Part shown: positions 19,313 to 30,000 of the stretch, piece after piece
How positions within the stretch are numbered: position 1 is the first letter of the stretch
How the letters are laid out: each line of letters begins with the position of its first letter
NCBI GenBank assembly: GCA_964628035.1
Contig: CAZVPI010000005.1
Location: forward strand, 83,048 to 147,047
Reading direction: 5' to 3'
DNA: 64,000 nucleotides
Source: an uncultured Clostridia bacterium
GTDB lineage: Bacteria > Acidobacteriota > Aminicenantia > UBA2199
Notes under the pieces: generated by a model
What the model was told of the DNA's origin: nothing
The model's input: the letters and a program-made list of their open reading frames with translations, nothing else
Database searches by the model: none
Position numbers and translations under genes: made by a program

Positions 19313-20353
19313 ATGAAAAACGAGGAGATCCAACGGTTCGTCGAGAAGGTGATCAACGAAAAGATGCAGCTGCTGCTCAACCGCATCGACGCCTTCCAGA
19401 GCAGCGTCTTCCGCGACATCGAAAAGCTCAAGGACCTGGACGAGCTCACCCGGTTCACCCTGCCCCGCGAGCTCAGCGGCCGCGACGAGGACGCCGAGGC
19501 CGGGGCCGACATCGTTACCCTGAACGAATACGTCAGGAAGATCGCCGCCGCCGCCAACCAGCTGCTGCTCATCGGCGGCCTCATCGAGGGCATCAACCGC
19601 TTCTGCGACCGCGCCGCCTTGTTCCTGCTGCGCGACGACAAGCTGGTCGGCTGGCGCGGCAAGGGCTTCTCGGGAGAGAACGGCCAGATCAGCGACGAGG
19701 AGCTGAAGCGCATCTTCTTCTCCCTCTCGGCCAACACCGTGCTCAAGAGCGTCATCGAGGCCAAGAAGAGCTACAGCGGCGATCCGCTGGCCAAACCCGA
19801 CGACTTCCTGATCTACAACCGCCTCGGCGGCGGCAAGCCCAAGCGCATCTTCGTCCTGCCCTTCTTCGTCAAGGGCAAGCCCCAGGCGGTGATCTACGCC
19901 GACTCGCTCTCCGGCCGGGCGATCAAGAGCAAGCCGATCGAGATCCTGGCCACGGTGGGCGAGCTCAGCCTCGACATGCTGCCCATCCGCCAGAAGCTGC
20001 TGGCCAAGATCAAGACCCAGGAGTTCATCGAGGACACCGAGATCGAGCCCAGGTCGTACGAGCAGCACGCCGACGAGCTGGAGAAGACCTCGGCGCCGAC
20101 GCGCGAGAACGACCCCGAACGCTACGCGCGGGTGATCATCAACGACATCATCCTCTACAACAAGAAAGTGGTCGAGGACGGGATCAAGAACCGCAACCTG
20201 TACGATGCGCTCAAGGAGACCCTGCTGCAGGCCAAGGAGCTCTACCTGCGCCGCTCCAGCGACCTGCGCTACTTCGAGGAGCAGATGGTCAATGTCCTGG
20301 CCAAGGGCGACCGCGCGGCGTTGAAGGGCTACAAGTTTGAAGCTCTCAAGTAA
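19313..20353 (+). CDS. hypothetical protein with a GAF-like central region and conserved helical C-terminus
   Basis: strong GC3 coding bias; AALFLLRDDKLVGW and VLPFFVKGKPQAVIYAD resemble GAF strands; start could be 19301 or 19313. Confidence 0.7.
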   Translation: MKNEEIQRFVEKVINEKMQLLLNRIDAFQSSVFRDIEKLKDLDELTRFTLPRELSGRDEDAEAGADIVTLNEYVRKIAAAANQLLLIGGLIEGINRFCDRAALFLLRDDKLVGWRGKGFSGENGQISDEELKRIFFSLSANTVLKSVIEAKKSYSGDPLAKPDDFLIYNRLGGGKPKRIFVLPFFVKGKPQAVIYADSLSGRAIKSKPIEILATVGELSLDMLPIRQKLLAKIKTQEFIEDTEIEPRSYEQHADELEKTSAPTRENDPERYARVIINDIILYNKKVVEDGIKNRNLYDALKETLLQAKELYLRRSSDLRYFEEQMVNVLAKGDRAALKGYKFEALK

Positions 20354-22334
20354 GAGCGGCAGCACCCCCTATACGCTGCTATTCTGCCAACTGGCCGCGT
20401 TCTCCTTCGCCGCCGCCTATGCGGCCGCCTGGATCTGCCGGCCGCCGCTGGCCGCCGAGCCCGAGGCCGCGGTCGACCACCGGCAGCTTTTCGCCAACTA
20501 CCGCCTGTTGACCCCGTTCCTGCGGCCGCCCACGGCCGGAAGCGGGGAGGGCGGTGCGCTGGCGGCGGAACCGCTGCTGGCGGCGCTGGGCGCCCTGGAA
20601 GCGGCCGAGACGAGCCTCGCCGCCAACGACGCCGCCTCCGGCCTGGACGCTCTGGAGTCGGTCCCCGAGCGCCCCTCGTTCCTGGCCGCCCGCCGCGATT
20701 TTCTGCGCCTGCGCCTGCTCCGCGCCGCCCGCCGCTTTGCCGACGCCGCCGCCTTCACCGACGCCCGGCCGCCCGTTGACCTGGAAGGGCGCGTTCTGCG
20801 CCTGGACTGCCTGATGCAGACCGGCAGGGCCGAGGAGGCCGTTGCCGAGTTCAAGCCCCTGTTCGCCGGCGCACGCCTCGACGCCTTTTCCGGGGCGCTG
20901 CCCAGGCCGCGCCTGGCCGCGCTGCTGCAGCGGCTGGGGGAGGAGGACTGGCAGGCCAAGTTCGAATTCCTGCTGGCCGGCCGCGACGGGCGTGAGTTCC
21001 GCCGCGAGGCGTCCTTCTGCCCCTTCCGCGGGCTGGCCCGCCTGTTCCAGGCCGAATTCGACTTCCAGCGCCGGGCCTATGTCCGCGCGCGGCAGGCGCT
21101 GCGCCTGCCGCTCCCCGGGCCCTACGCCGGCGCCGGCGAGCGCCTGCGTCTCAAGATCGACATGCGCCTGGATTCCGCGCTTGATCTTGGCCCCCGCCTG
21201 CGCCTCCTCGAGGAATCCGGTTCGCTTACGCCGGGCCTGCTGCTCGACTTGGGGCAGATCGCCCTGGCGGGGGACGACCTGGCTCGGGCGCTGCCGCTGC
21301 TCGAGCGATTCCTGGAGGAAAGCCGGGACCGCAACGAGCCGTACTGGCGCACCGTCTGGCTGCTGGCCTGGCTCCGTTACCGCCTGCAGGACCGCCAGGG
21401 AGCGTTGAAATACTTCCGCCTGGGGAGCCAAGGCACCCTCACCGGGTACCGCATCGCCTCGCGCTACTGGCTGGCGCGGATGGAGAAACGGCAGCCTCCC
21501 GGCCTTTCCGCCTATCCTTTTTCGTATTATACGGTCAAGGCCCTGGGCAGCCGGGACGGCTTCCGCGCCCTGCACATCCCCTTCCTGGACATGCTGGACG
21601 ACCCGCCCAAACCCAGGCTGCTGGCGATCGTCGCCGATCTGAGGGCGCTGGCCGGCAGCGGGCTCTGGCAGGAAGCGGACGAGGCCGTGCGCTGGGCCAT
21701 CCGCGAGCCCGGACTCGGCGCGGGCGACCGCAACCTGCTCAAGGTGATCGAGTCGCTGCTGCACTACCGCCAGGGCCGATATTTTGAAGCCTACCGCCAG
21801 TTCCGGGCCAATTTCCCCGTTCCCGAGGGAGTGCGCCTGCCCAATTTCCTCAGCGGCCTCTTTTTCCCCCGGGCCTATGAAAGCCTGATCGAATCCGCCT
21901 GCCGCGAGCACGGCATCGATCGCTATCTGGTGCAGTCGCTGATCCGCGAGGAGTCCTTCTTCCGCAGGGAGGTTCGTTCCCCGGCCAACGCCCTCGGCCT
22001 GATGCAGCTGCTGCCCGCGACGGCGCGGCAGGTGGCCGCCCAGGCCGGCCTGCGCATCAAGGCCGCCGACCTGTTCGATCCCGGCCTCAACATCCGCCTG
22101 GGCCTGCGCTACCTGCAGGCGATGCTGCGGCGCTACGACGGGCGCGTGTACCTGGCCCTGGCCGCCTACAACGCCGGTCCGCACCGCGTCGACCGCTGGC
22201 TGAAGGATTTTCCCGCGGCCGGAGAGGAGGAGTTCATCGAGATGATCCCCTTCAGCGAAACGCGCAACTACGTCAAGAGCATCCTGCGCAACCGCTTCTT
22301 CTATCGCTACTACGACGGCGCCGCCGGGGCGTGA
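20337..22334 (+). CDS. Slt70-like soluble lytic transglycosylase with superhelical N-terminus
   Basis: IREESFF, SPANALGLMQL, AAYNAG, ETRNYV; TTG start uncertain. Confidence 0.88.
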   Translation: MKLSSKSGSTPYTLLFCQLAAFSFAAAYAAAWICRPPLAAEPEAAVDHRQLFANYRLLTPFLRPPTAGSGEGGALAAEPLLAALGALEAAETSLAANDAASGLDALESVPERPSFLAARRDFLRLRLLRAARRFADAAAFTDARPPVDLEGRVLRLDCLMQTGRAEEAVAEFKPLFAGARLDAFSGALPRPRLAALLQRLGEEDWQAKFEFLLAGRDGREFRREASFCPFRGLARLFQAEFDFQRRAYVRARQALRLPLPGPYAGAGERLRLKIDMRLDSALDLGPRLRLLEESGSLTPGLLLDLGQIALAGDDLARALPLLERFLEESRDRNEPYWRTVWLLAWLRYRLQDRQGALKYFRLGSQGTLTGYRIASRYWLARMEKRQPPGLSAYPFSYYTVKALGSRDGFRALHIPFLDMLDDPPKPRLLAIVADLRALAGSGLWQEADEAVRWAIREPGLGAGDRNLLKVIESLLHYRQGRYFEAYRQFRANFPVPEGVRLPNFLSGLFFPRAYESLIESACREHGIDRYLVQSLIREESFFRREVRSPANALGLMQLLPATARQVAAQAGLRIKAADLFDPGLNIRLGLRYLQAMLRRYDGRVYLALAAYNAGPHRVDRWLKDFPAAGEEEFIEMIPFSETRNYVKSILRNRFFYRYYDGAAGA

Positions 22335-22362
22335 CGCCCGGCCCGGGCCCCAGGGAGGGAAC

Positions 22363-23205
22363 ATGACCCGCGAGCGCAAGCTCCGCCGCATGGCGTCTCT
22401 GGCGGCAACGGCGTGCTGGATGGCCGCGGCCGCCCCCGCGGCCGACCCGCTGACGGTGCGCACCCACTTCTACCAGATCCCGCACGTGATGAGCTGCCGT
22501 GTCTACCTGCCCGCGGGCTACGACCCGGGCCGCCGCACCCCGCTGCTCATCGCCCTGCACGGCAGCGGCGGCAGTGCCGGCAGTTTCGCTTCCCTGTGGC
22601 GCCGCGACCCGCGCGCCCAGTGCATCTTCGCCGTTCCCGAGGGGCCCTACCCGTTCCCCAGCGACAGGCAGGGAGGGAGCTCCGGACGCTCCTGGTACCT
22701 GCTGGTGAAGGAAAAGCGTGTCTGGGAACTCGCCGATCCCCTGTCCGTACGGGCCATCATGGCGACGGTGGAGGAGCTTCAGGCCTGCTACCCGGCAGGT
22801 CCGGTGTATATCCTGGGCTTTTCCCAGGGGGCCTCGCTGGCCTACCAGGCCGCCCTGGGCCATGCGCATGCCTTCGCCGGCGTCATCGCGGTCGCCGGGC
22901 TCCTGCCCCAGCAGGCGCTGCCGGCCTCCGGCCTGGACAAGGCGGGGTCGCTGCGCGTGTTCATCGCCCACGGCAGCCGCGACGCCAGAGTGCCGCCGGC
23001 GCGCAGCGCAGAGGCGCGCGCGCGCCTCGAGGCGGCCGGGCTGCAGGTGACGATGCGCACCTTCCGCGGCGGGCACGACATCCCCCGCGAACTGTTCCAG
23101 GAGATCCTGGAGTGGATCGGCGCCTGGACGGAGGGGGCCGCACGCGAATTGACCGGCGCGGGGCGCAGTGGTACAATTCCCGGGGCGGCCCGCGCCGCCC
23201 GCTGA
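22363..23205 (+). CDS. exported phospholipase/carboxylesterase (alpha/beta hydrolase)
   Basis: signal-like N-terminus, LHGSG, GFSQG, HGSRD, GHDI catalytic triad. Confidence 0.82.
   Translation: MTRERKLRRMASLAATACWMAAAAPAADPLTVRTHFYQIPHVMSCRVYLPAGYDPGRRTPLLIALHGSGGSAGSFASLWRRDPRAQCIFAVPEGPYPFPSDRQGGSSGRSWYLLVKEKRVWELADPLSVRAIMATVEELQACYPAGPVYILGFSQGASLAYQAALGHAHAFAGVIAVAGLLPQQALPASGLDKAGSLRVFIAHGSRDARVPPARSAEARARLEAAGLQVTMRTFRGGHDIPRELFQEILEWIGAWTEGAARELTGAGRSGTIPGAARAAR
23149..23177 (+). promoter_or_regulatory. promoter TTGACC-N17-TACAAT (extended -10) for the ddl operon
   Basis: 17-bp spacer and TGg before -10; lies inside the esterase 3' tail. Confidence 0.6.
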
Positions 23206-23233
23206 CGGACGGATCCGGGCTTCAGGCAGGCGA

Positions 23234-24286
23234 ATGAAAAAAATTCGGGTCGGATTGATCTTCGGCGGCCGCTCGGCCGAGCATGCGGTTTCCCTGATGT
23301 CGGCCCGGGCCATTTGGGAGCGCCTGGACCGCTCCAAGTACGAGCCTTTCCTCCTTTACGTGAGCAGGGCAGGGGAGTGGTCGCTCACCGAAAACGCCAG
23401 CTTCCGCGAGGAGGAGCTGCGGGAGGCGGCCGGGCGCTCCTTCCTGCCCTGGGCGGCTCCGCTGCCCGGGGCCTGCGAAGGCGACATCTATTTCCCGGTG
23501 CTGCACGGCCCCAATGGCGAAGACGGGCGCATCCAGGGACTGTTCGAGCTGGCCGGCAAACCCTTTGTCGGCGCCGGCAGCCTCGCCGCCCAGCTGGCCA
23601 TGGACAAGGTCGTCGCCAAGATGCTGTTCGCCCAGGCCGGTCTGCGCCAGGCCCCTTTCCTGTATTTCCGCGAGAACCTCCCCGAGCAGGTGGTTGGGCT
23701 CGTCGAGAAGAAGCTCGGCTACCCGGTGTTCGTCAAACCCAGCTCGCTGGGCTCTTCGGTGGGCATCCGCAAGGCCGCCGGCCGCGCCGAGCTGCTGGCC
23801 GCCGTTGCGCTGGCGTTTTCCTACGACGCCAAGATCGTGATCGAGAAGGCCGTTTCCATGCGCGAAATCGAGGTCTCCGTCATGGGCAACGAGGAGATCC
23901 TGGTCTCACAGCCGGGCGAGCTCCTGCCCTCGCGGGAATTCTACGACTATGAGGACAAGTATGTGGAGGGCAAGACGCAGTTCCGCATCCCGGTGCAGCT
24001 TCCCGGGGCCGTCGCCGAGCGGGTGCGCAGGACGGTGCGGAAGGCCTACCGCGCCCTCTTCCTCGACGGCTACGCCCGCGTCGACCTCTTCCTGGTGAAC
24101 GGCAGCGACGAAATCTTGATCAACGAGATCAACGCCATTCCCGGCTTCACCGCCATCAGCATGTTCCCCAAGCTGTGGGAAGCGCAGGGCATCGGCTTTT
24201 CCGAGTTGCTCGACCGGCTGATCGCCCTCGGGTTCGAACGCCAGCGCCGCCGCCGCGAAAACGTCGATGAAGGTCTTGGCCGTTGA
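23234..24286 (+). CDS. ddl: D-alanine--D-alanine ligase
   Basis: GGRSAEHAVS, LHGPNGEDG, MDK, GSSVG, YDYEDKY, NEINAIPG. Confidence 0.95.
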   Translation: MKKIRVGLIFGGRSAEHAVSLMSARAIWERLDRSKYEPFLLYVSRAGEWSLTENASFREEELREAAGRSFLPWAAPLPGACEGDIYFPVLHGPNGEDGRIQGLFELAGKPFVGAGSLAAQLAMDKVVAKMLFAQAGLRQAPFLYFRENLPEQVVGLVEKKLGYPVFVKPSSLGSSVGIRKAAGRAELLAAVALAFSYDAKIVIEKAVSMREIEVSVMGNEEILVSQPGELLPSREFYDYEDKYVEGKTQFRIPVQLPGAVAERVRRTVRKAYRALFLDGYARVDLFLVNGSDEILINEINAIPGFTAISMFPKLWEAQGIGFSELLDRLIALGFERQRRRRENVDEGLGR

Positions 24287-24686
24287 TTTCGGCCGCCGTC
24301 GTGTTGGCCTGGCCGTGGGCGACAGCCGTACGCGCGTGGCCACGCCGCTGCCCCTGGTCGCGGCCGGAGACGGCCGCCGCCTCCTCGATGCCATCCTGGA
24401 GCGGGTGGGGGAGTTCGATGTGCAGCGCATCGTGGTCGGCCATCCCCTGAACATGGACGGCAGCCGCGGCCCGGCCTGCGCGGCGGCCGAGCGCTTCGCC
24501 GCCGCCCTGCGCCGCCGCAGCGGCCTGCCGGTCGACCTGGTCAACGAGCAGCTGACCAGCTTCGCCGCCGAGGAGCTGGCCAAGGAGATCGAGCGCGATT
24601 TCCGCAGGCGCAAGGCCTTTCTCGACAGCGTTGCGGCGCAGCTGATCTTGGAGACCTATTTCGAGCAAGTAGGAAAAAAGAAATGA
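24267..24686 (+). CDS. ruvX: YqgF/RuvX pre-16S rRNA nuclease
   Basis: LAVDFGRRRVGLA, VVGHP, NEQLTS, DSVAAQLIL. Confidence 0.92.
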   Translation: MKVLAVDFGRRRVGLAVGDSRTRVATPLPLVAAGDGRRLLDAILERVGEFDVQRIVVGHPLNMDGSRGPACAAAERFAAALRRRSGLPVDLVNEQLTSFAAEELAKEIERDFRRRKAFLDSVAAQLILETYFEQVGKKK

Positions 24687-24759
24687 GGAAGTACTGGGCA
24701 TACGGCGTACGCCAGCTGCGGGTTGCCTTGTGCCCCGCGCCGACGCCCGAGAGAACGGA

Positions 24760-25809
24760 ATGACCCGCAAAAAAAGGAATAAGCCCTGGCGCCGGGTGCT
24801 GGCCCTGTCGCTGGTCGCGGTCGCCGCCGTCCTGGCCTGGCTGGGCCATGGCGTCTATCGCCGGGTCTTCCGGCCCTTTGCGGGGAGCGCAGAACGCGTT
24901 GTGGTCGTGATCGAGAGCGGCATGACCGTCCCCCAGATCGCCCGGCTCCTGGAGAGACGGGGCGTCGTTTCCAGCGCCGCCGATTTCGTCCGTTATTACA
25001 GGCTTTTCCACCGCGGCCGCACGCTGAAGGCCGGGGAATACCTTTTTGACGCGCCGCTGACGCTGGGACAAGTCGTCGCCAAGCTGGCCGAGGGCAAGTC
25101 GCTCCTCTACCGGGTGACGGTGAAGGAGGGATTGTGGATCGGCGAAACCGCCGAGGTCTTCGAGGCCAGCGGACTGTTCGCCGCCGCCGAGTTCCTGCGC
25201 GTCGCCTCCGATCCCGCACTCGTGCGCGATCTCGATCCAGAGGCCGTCGACCTGGAGGGCTACCTTTTCCCCGACACCTACCAGGTCCGGCGCGACATCG
25301 GCGCCAACGAGATGGCGGCCCTCATGGTATCCCGTTTCCGGCAGAACTTCGGCCACCGCTTCGTCTGGCGCGCCCGCGACATCGGCCTCAGCATCCGCCA
25401 GGCCGTGATCCTGGCTTCGCTCATCGAGAAGGAGACCGCCAGCCGCGACGAGCGTTTCCTGATCTCGTCGGTTTTCCACAACCGTCTGCGCCGCGGCATG
25501 CTCCTCGACTGCGACTCGACCATCATCTACGCCCTGAAAAAGGCAGGCGTTTGGGACGGCGACCTGCGCTGGCGCGACCTGAAGGGGGACTCGCCTTACA
25601 ACACCCGGCGCCATCGCGGCCTGCCCCCAGGCCCCATCGCCAGCCCCGGCTACGACTCGCTGGAAGCGGCGCTTTACCCGGAAAGCAGCGAGTACCTTTA
25701 TTTCGTCGCCAAGGACGGCAGCAGCCACCATTTCTCCACGAGCCTGGCCGAGCACAACCGCGCCGTGCGCCGCTACATCCTGCAGAAAGGGGAGGCGGCC
25801 GGTGACTGA
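24760..25809 (+). CDS. mltG: endolytic transglycosylase MltG (YceG)
   Basis: TM anchor, KAGEY, EGYLFPDTY, LASLIEKE, SPYNT, GLPPGPI, LYFV. Confidence 0.93.
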   Translation: MTRKKRNKPWRRVLALSLVAVAAVLAWLGHGVYRRVFRPFAGSAERVVVVIESGMTVPQIARLLERRGVVSSAADFVRYYRLFHRGRTLKAGEYLFDAPLTLGQVVAKLAEGKSLLYRVTVKEGLWIGETAEVFEASGLFAAAEFLRVASDPALVRDLDPEAVDLEGYLFPDTYQVRRDIGANEMAALMVSRFRQNFGHRFVWRARDIGLSIRQAVILASLIEKETASRDERFLISSVFHNRLRRGMLLDCDSTIIYALKKAGVWDGDLRWRDLKGDSPYNTRRHRGLPPGPIASPGYDSLEAALYPESSEYLYFVAKDGSSHHFSTSLAEHNRAVRRYILQKGEAAGD

Positions 25810-26524
25810 ACCCGTTGCGCGGCAGGTTTCCGGCAAGCGTTTCTTCGTTCATGAAGAGGAAAACTTGATTTATGGCTATACAACGGTGGATTTCACTTCA
25901 ACCCGTCTCCAGGCCCTCTTTCCCGGCCAGCCCCTGCTGTTCCTCAAGCAGGTTCACGGCGTGCGCATCTTGGAGGAGGGGGAATGGCAACCGGCGAGCG
26001 AGGCGGACGGGCTTGTCGTGGAAAGGGGAGGTGGCGTGGCCGTGATCCAGACCGCCGACTGCCTGCCGCTCTTCTTCTTCGATGACGCGCGGAGGCGAGG
26101 CGGCGTCCTCCACGTCGGCTGGCGCGGGCTGAGGCGCGGCATCGAGGAGAGGCTCGCCGCCAGGCTGGGGCCCGCTCTGTCCACATATTTTTTTTTCCTG
26201 GGGCCGGGCATCGAGGGCGGCTGCTACGAAGTAGGGGAGGAGCTGCGGCAGCAGTTCTCGGAAAAGGCCTATGCCAAAGACATATTTTCCAAGAGCCGGC
26301 CCGGCAAGCTCCTCCTGGACCTCAAGGCCGGGCTGAAGGCCTCCCTGGGCGCGCTCGGCGTCCCCCGGGAGCGGATCGGTGATTGCGGCCTCTGCACCTC
26401 CTGCCTGCGCCTGTTCCCTTCCTACCGCCGCGACGGCGCCAGCGGCAGGCGCATCTTCAATTTCCTCGCCCTGGGGCCGAAGCGCCTGGCCGCGGCCGCG
26501 AACGAAACTTCTCCCGGCGCATAG
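25802..26524 (+). CDS. pgeF: PgeF/YfiH polyphenol-oxidase-like protein
   Basis: QVHG, ADGL, TADCLP, HVGWRG, GPGI, CYEV, PSYRR; GTG start. Confidence 0.88.
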   Translation: MTEPVARQVSGKRFFVHEEENLIYGYTTVDFTSTRLQALFPGQPLLFLKQVHGVRILEEGEWQPASEADGLVVERGGGVAVIQTADCLPLFFFDDARRRGGVLHVGWRGLRRGIEERLAARLGPALSTYFFFLGPGIEGGCYEVGEELRQQFSEKAYAKDIFSKSRPGKLLLDLKAGLKASLGALGVPRERIGDCGLCTSCLRLFPSYRRDGASGRRIFNFLALGPKRLAAAANETSPGA

Positions 26525-26538
26525 CCGTAACAGGGGTG

Positions 26539-27780
<1,242 letters not shown>

Positions 27781-27816
27781 GGCCCTGATGCGCGCCCAAG
27801 GGCAGGGGGGCAGGTC

Positions 27817-29064
27817 ATGAAGACGGGGCTGGTCCGCGAGGTGCTGGCCATGGCCCTGGATTCCATCCGCCAGAACAAGCTGCGCTCCTCGCTGACCATC
27901 CTGGGCATCGTCATCGGCGTGCTGACCATCGTGGCCATGGTGGCGGTCATCGAGGGGATCAACGCCAGCTTCGCCAGCCAGCTGGAAGCGATGGGCTCCA
28001 ACCTGCTGTTCGTCTACCGTTTCGAGCCTGGGATCCGCATCGGCCGCATGCCTGAAGAGCTGCGCCGCCGCAAGCCGATCACCTTCGCCGACGCCGAGGC
28101 CGTCGAGAGCTCCTGCCCAGCGGTGGCGGCCGCCAGCCCCGAGGTGAGTTTCTTCCGCTTTCTGCCGCCGGCGCGGGTGAAATACATGGCGAACGAAGTG
28201 GAAAATCCAGTCCTGAGCGGGGTGAACCACCGCTACCTGCAGATCTATGAGGAATACACCGTCGAAAGCGGCCGCTTCTTCACCGAGGCCGAGAACCTCA
28301 ACCGCCGCGAGGTGTGCGTCATCGGCGCCGAAATCGTCGACGCCCTGTTCCCCGGCCAGAGCCCGCTGAACAAGACGGTTGTTTTTGAAGGCAAAAAATT
28401 CATTGTCATCGGCACTTTAGGAAGAATCGGCAAGTTCATGGGCCAGAGCCGGGACAACCGCATGATCATCCCGGTCAACACTTTCCGCAAGTTCTTTCCC
28501 GGCGAGGACGACGTGACCGTGATCGTCAAGGTGCGCAGCAACGCCCGACTGGAGGCGGCCAAGGACGAGATCATCAATCTCATGCGGCTGCGCCGCAAGG
28601 TGAAGGCCAGCGAAAAGAACAATTTTTCGGTTTTCACCCAGGACACCATCGCCGGGCTGTACACGCAGCTGACCGGGGCCGCGTTCCTGGTCATGATCAT
28701 CATTTCCTCCATCGGACTGCTCGTCGGCGGCATCGGCGTCATGAACATCATGCTGGTCTCGGTGACGGAGCGCACCCGCGAGATCGGGCTGCGCAAGGCC
28801 ATCGGCGCCCGCGGCAGCGAGATCCGCAACCAGTTCCTGTACGAGGCCATCGTCCTGACCCTTGCAGGCGGGGGAGCCGGGGTCCTCTGCGGCGTCCTGC
28901 TCAGCCTGCTGATCAAGGCCCTCAGCGGCCTGCCCGTAAGCATCAATCCCTATTCCATTGTCGCCGCCCTGGCCGTGTCGACGTCGGTCGGGCTGTTCTT
29001 CGGCCTCTACCCGGCCAGCCAGGCGGCCAAGCTGGATCCGGTCACCGCGTTGCACTACGAATAG
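27817..29064 (+). CDS. MacB/FtsX-type ABC transporter permease
   Basis: NKLRSSLTILGIVIGV, GGIGVMNIMLVSVTERTREIGLRKAIGA, AAKLDPV. Confidence 0.9.
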   Translation: MKTGLVREVLAMALDSIRQNKLRSSLTILGIVIGVLTIVAMVAVIEGINASFASQLEAMGSNLLFVYRFEPGIRIGRMPEELRRRKPITFADAEAVESSCPAVAAASPEVSFFRFLPPARVKYMANEVENPVLSGVNHRYLQIYEEYTVESGRFFTEAENLNRREVCVIGAEIVDALFPGQSPLNKTVVFEGKKFIVIGTLGRIGKFMGQSRDNRMIIPVNTFRKFFPGEDDVTVIVKVRSNARLEAAKDEIINLMRLRRKVKASEKNNFSVFTQDTIAGLYTQLTGAAFLVMIIISSIGLLVGGIGVMNIMLVSVTERTREIGLRKAIGARGSEIRNQFLYEAIVLTLAGGGAGVLCGVLLSLLIKALSGLPVSINPYSIVAALAVSTSVGLFFGLYPASQAAKLDPVTALHYE

Positions 29065-29123
29065 AACCTGAACATCAAGTGAATCCCTCAGTTTTTGAAT
29101 GCCCTAATTTTACCGGCTTCTTT

Positions 29124-29151
29124 ATGTCGGATAAGATATATTATGTAAACC
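29124..29151 (+). other. dif-like XerCD recombination site ATGTCGGATAA-GATATA-TTATGTAAACC
   Basis: 11-6-11 architecture; hand alignment gives 21/28 identity to B. subtilis dif and 18/28 to E. coli dif; sits where gene orientation converges. Confidence 0.85.
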
Positions 29152-29163
29152 AATATCAGTTTT

Positions 29164-30000
29164 TCAAAAATCAGCGAGGTTTTTCAGCTTGTTTTCGCGT
29201 ATGTCGCGGATGAGTTTCTCCAGGACCTCGATCACCTTCTCCCTGTTCACCTTCTCCTGCTTGAACTGGAAATTGATCCTGACCTTCTTGTCGTCCGACT
29301 GAAAATTGAAGCGGAAGGTCTTTGCCGCTCCCTCGCCCTTGCGCTGCTCCTTGACGATCTCGCGCGAAACCGGCTTCTTGCCGTACTGGCTCAGAATCTC
29401 GTTCATCCTTTCCGGATCGGTCGTCTTGGTCAGCTCAAGAAGGAAAGACTTGGAGTCGATTCCTAACTGCAGGCACTTTTCGCGTATCTCCGCCGGCAGG
29501 TCGGTTATCCTGACCAGCTCGGTCACGGTCACCCGCGACTTGCCGATCTTCCTGGCGATCTCCTCGTGGGTGTAGCCATAGATCTCGGCCAGCGAACGCA
29601 CCGAATAGGCCTGCTCGAATACGTTCAGGTCCTTGCGCTGGATGTTCTCGACAATCGACATCTCCAGGGCCTCGTTGTCCGGGATGTCGTGCTCGATGCA
29701 TGGTATTTCCCGCATCCCGGCCTCCTTGGCGGCCCGGAAGCGCCTCTCGCCGGCGATGATCTCGAAATTGCCGTCCTTTGGCTTGACGATCACCGGCTCG
29801 ATGATGCCGTTCTCCTTGATGGAAAGGGTCAGTTCCTTCAGATCGCCCATGTCCCGTCTGGGCTGCATCTGGTTGGGCAGGATCTTCTCCACCGGGATGT
29901 TGCGGATGACCGGCGTCTTGGTCCGCAGGGATATCTCGTCCACCAGGTGGTGATCGTGCTTCATTTTGATGAAATCGGGCAAGCCTACTTTTTTAGCCAT
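29164..30000 (-). CDS. parB: ParB/Spo0J-family protein with divergent HTH
   Basis: NQMQPR, GIIEPVIV, IIAGERRFRAA CTPase motif, SIVENIQRKDL, HTH EEIARKIGKSRVTVTELVRI. Confidence 0.88.
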   Translation of the reverse strand: MAKKVGLPDFIKMKHDHHLVDEISLRTKTPVIRNIPVEKILPNQMQPRRDMGDLKELTLSIKENGIIEPVIVKPKDGNFEIIAGERRFRAAKEAGMREIPCIEHDIPDNEALEMSIVENIQRKDLNVFEQAYSVRSLAEIYGYTHEEIARKIGKSRVTVTELVRITDLPAEIREKCLQLGIDSKSFLLELTKTTDPERMNEILSQYGKKPVSREIVKEQRKGEGAAKTFRFNFQSDDKKVRINFQFKQEKVNREKVIEVLEKLIRDIRENKLKNLADF

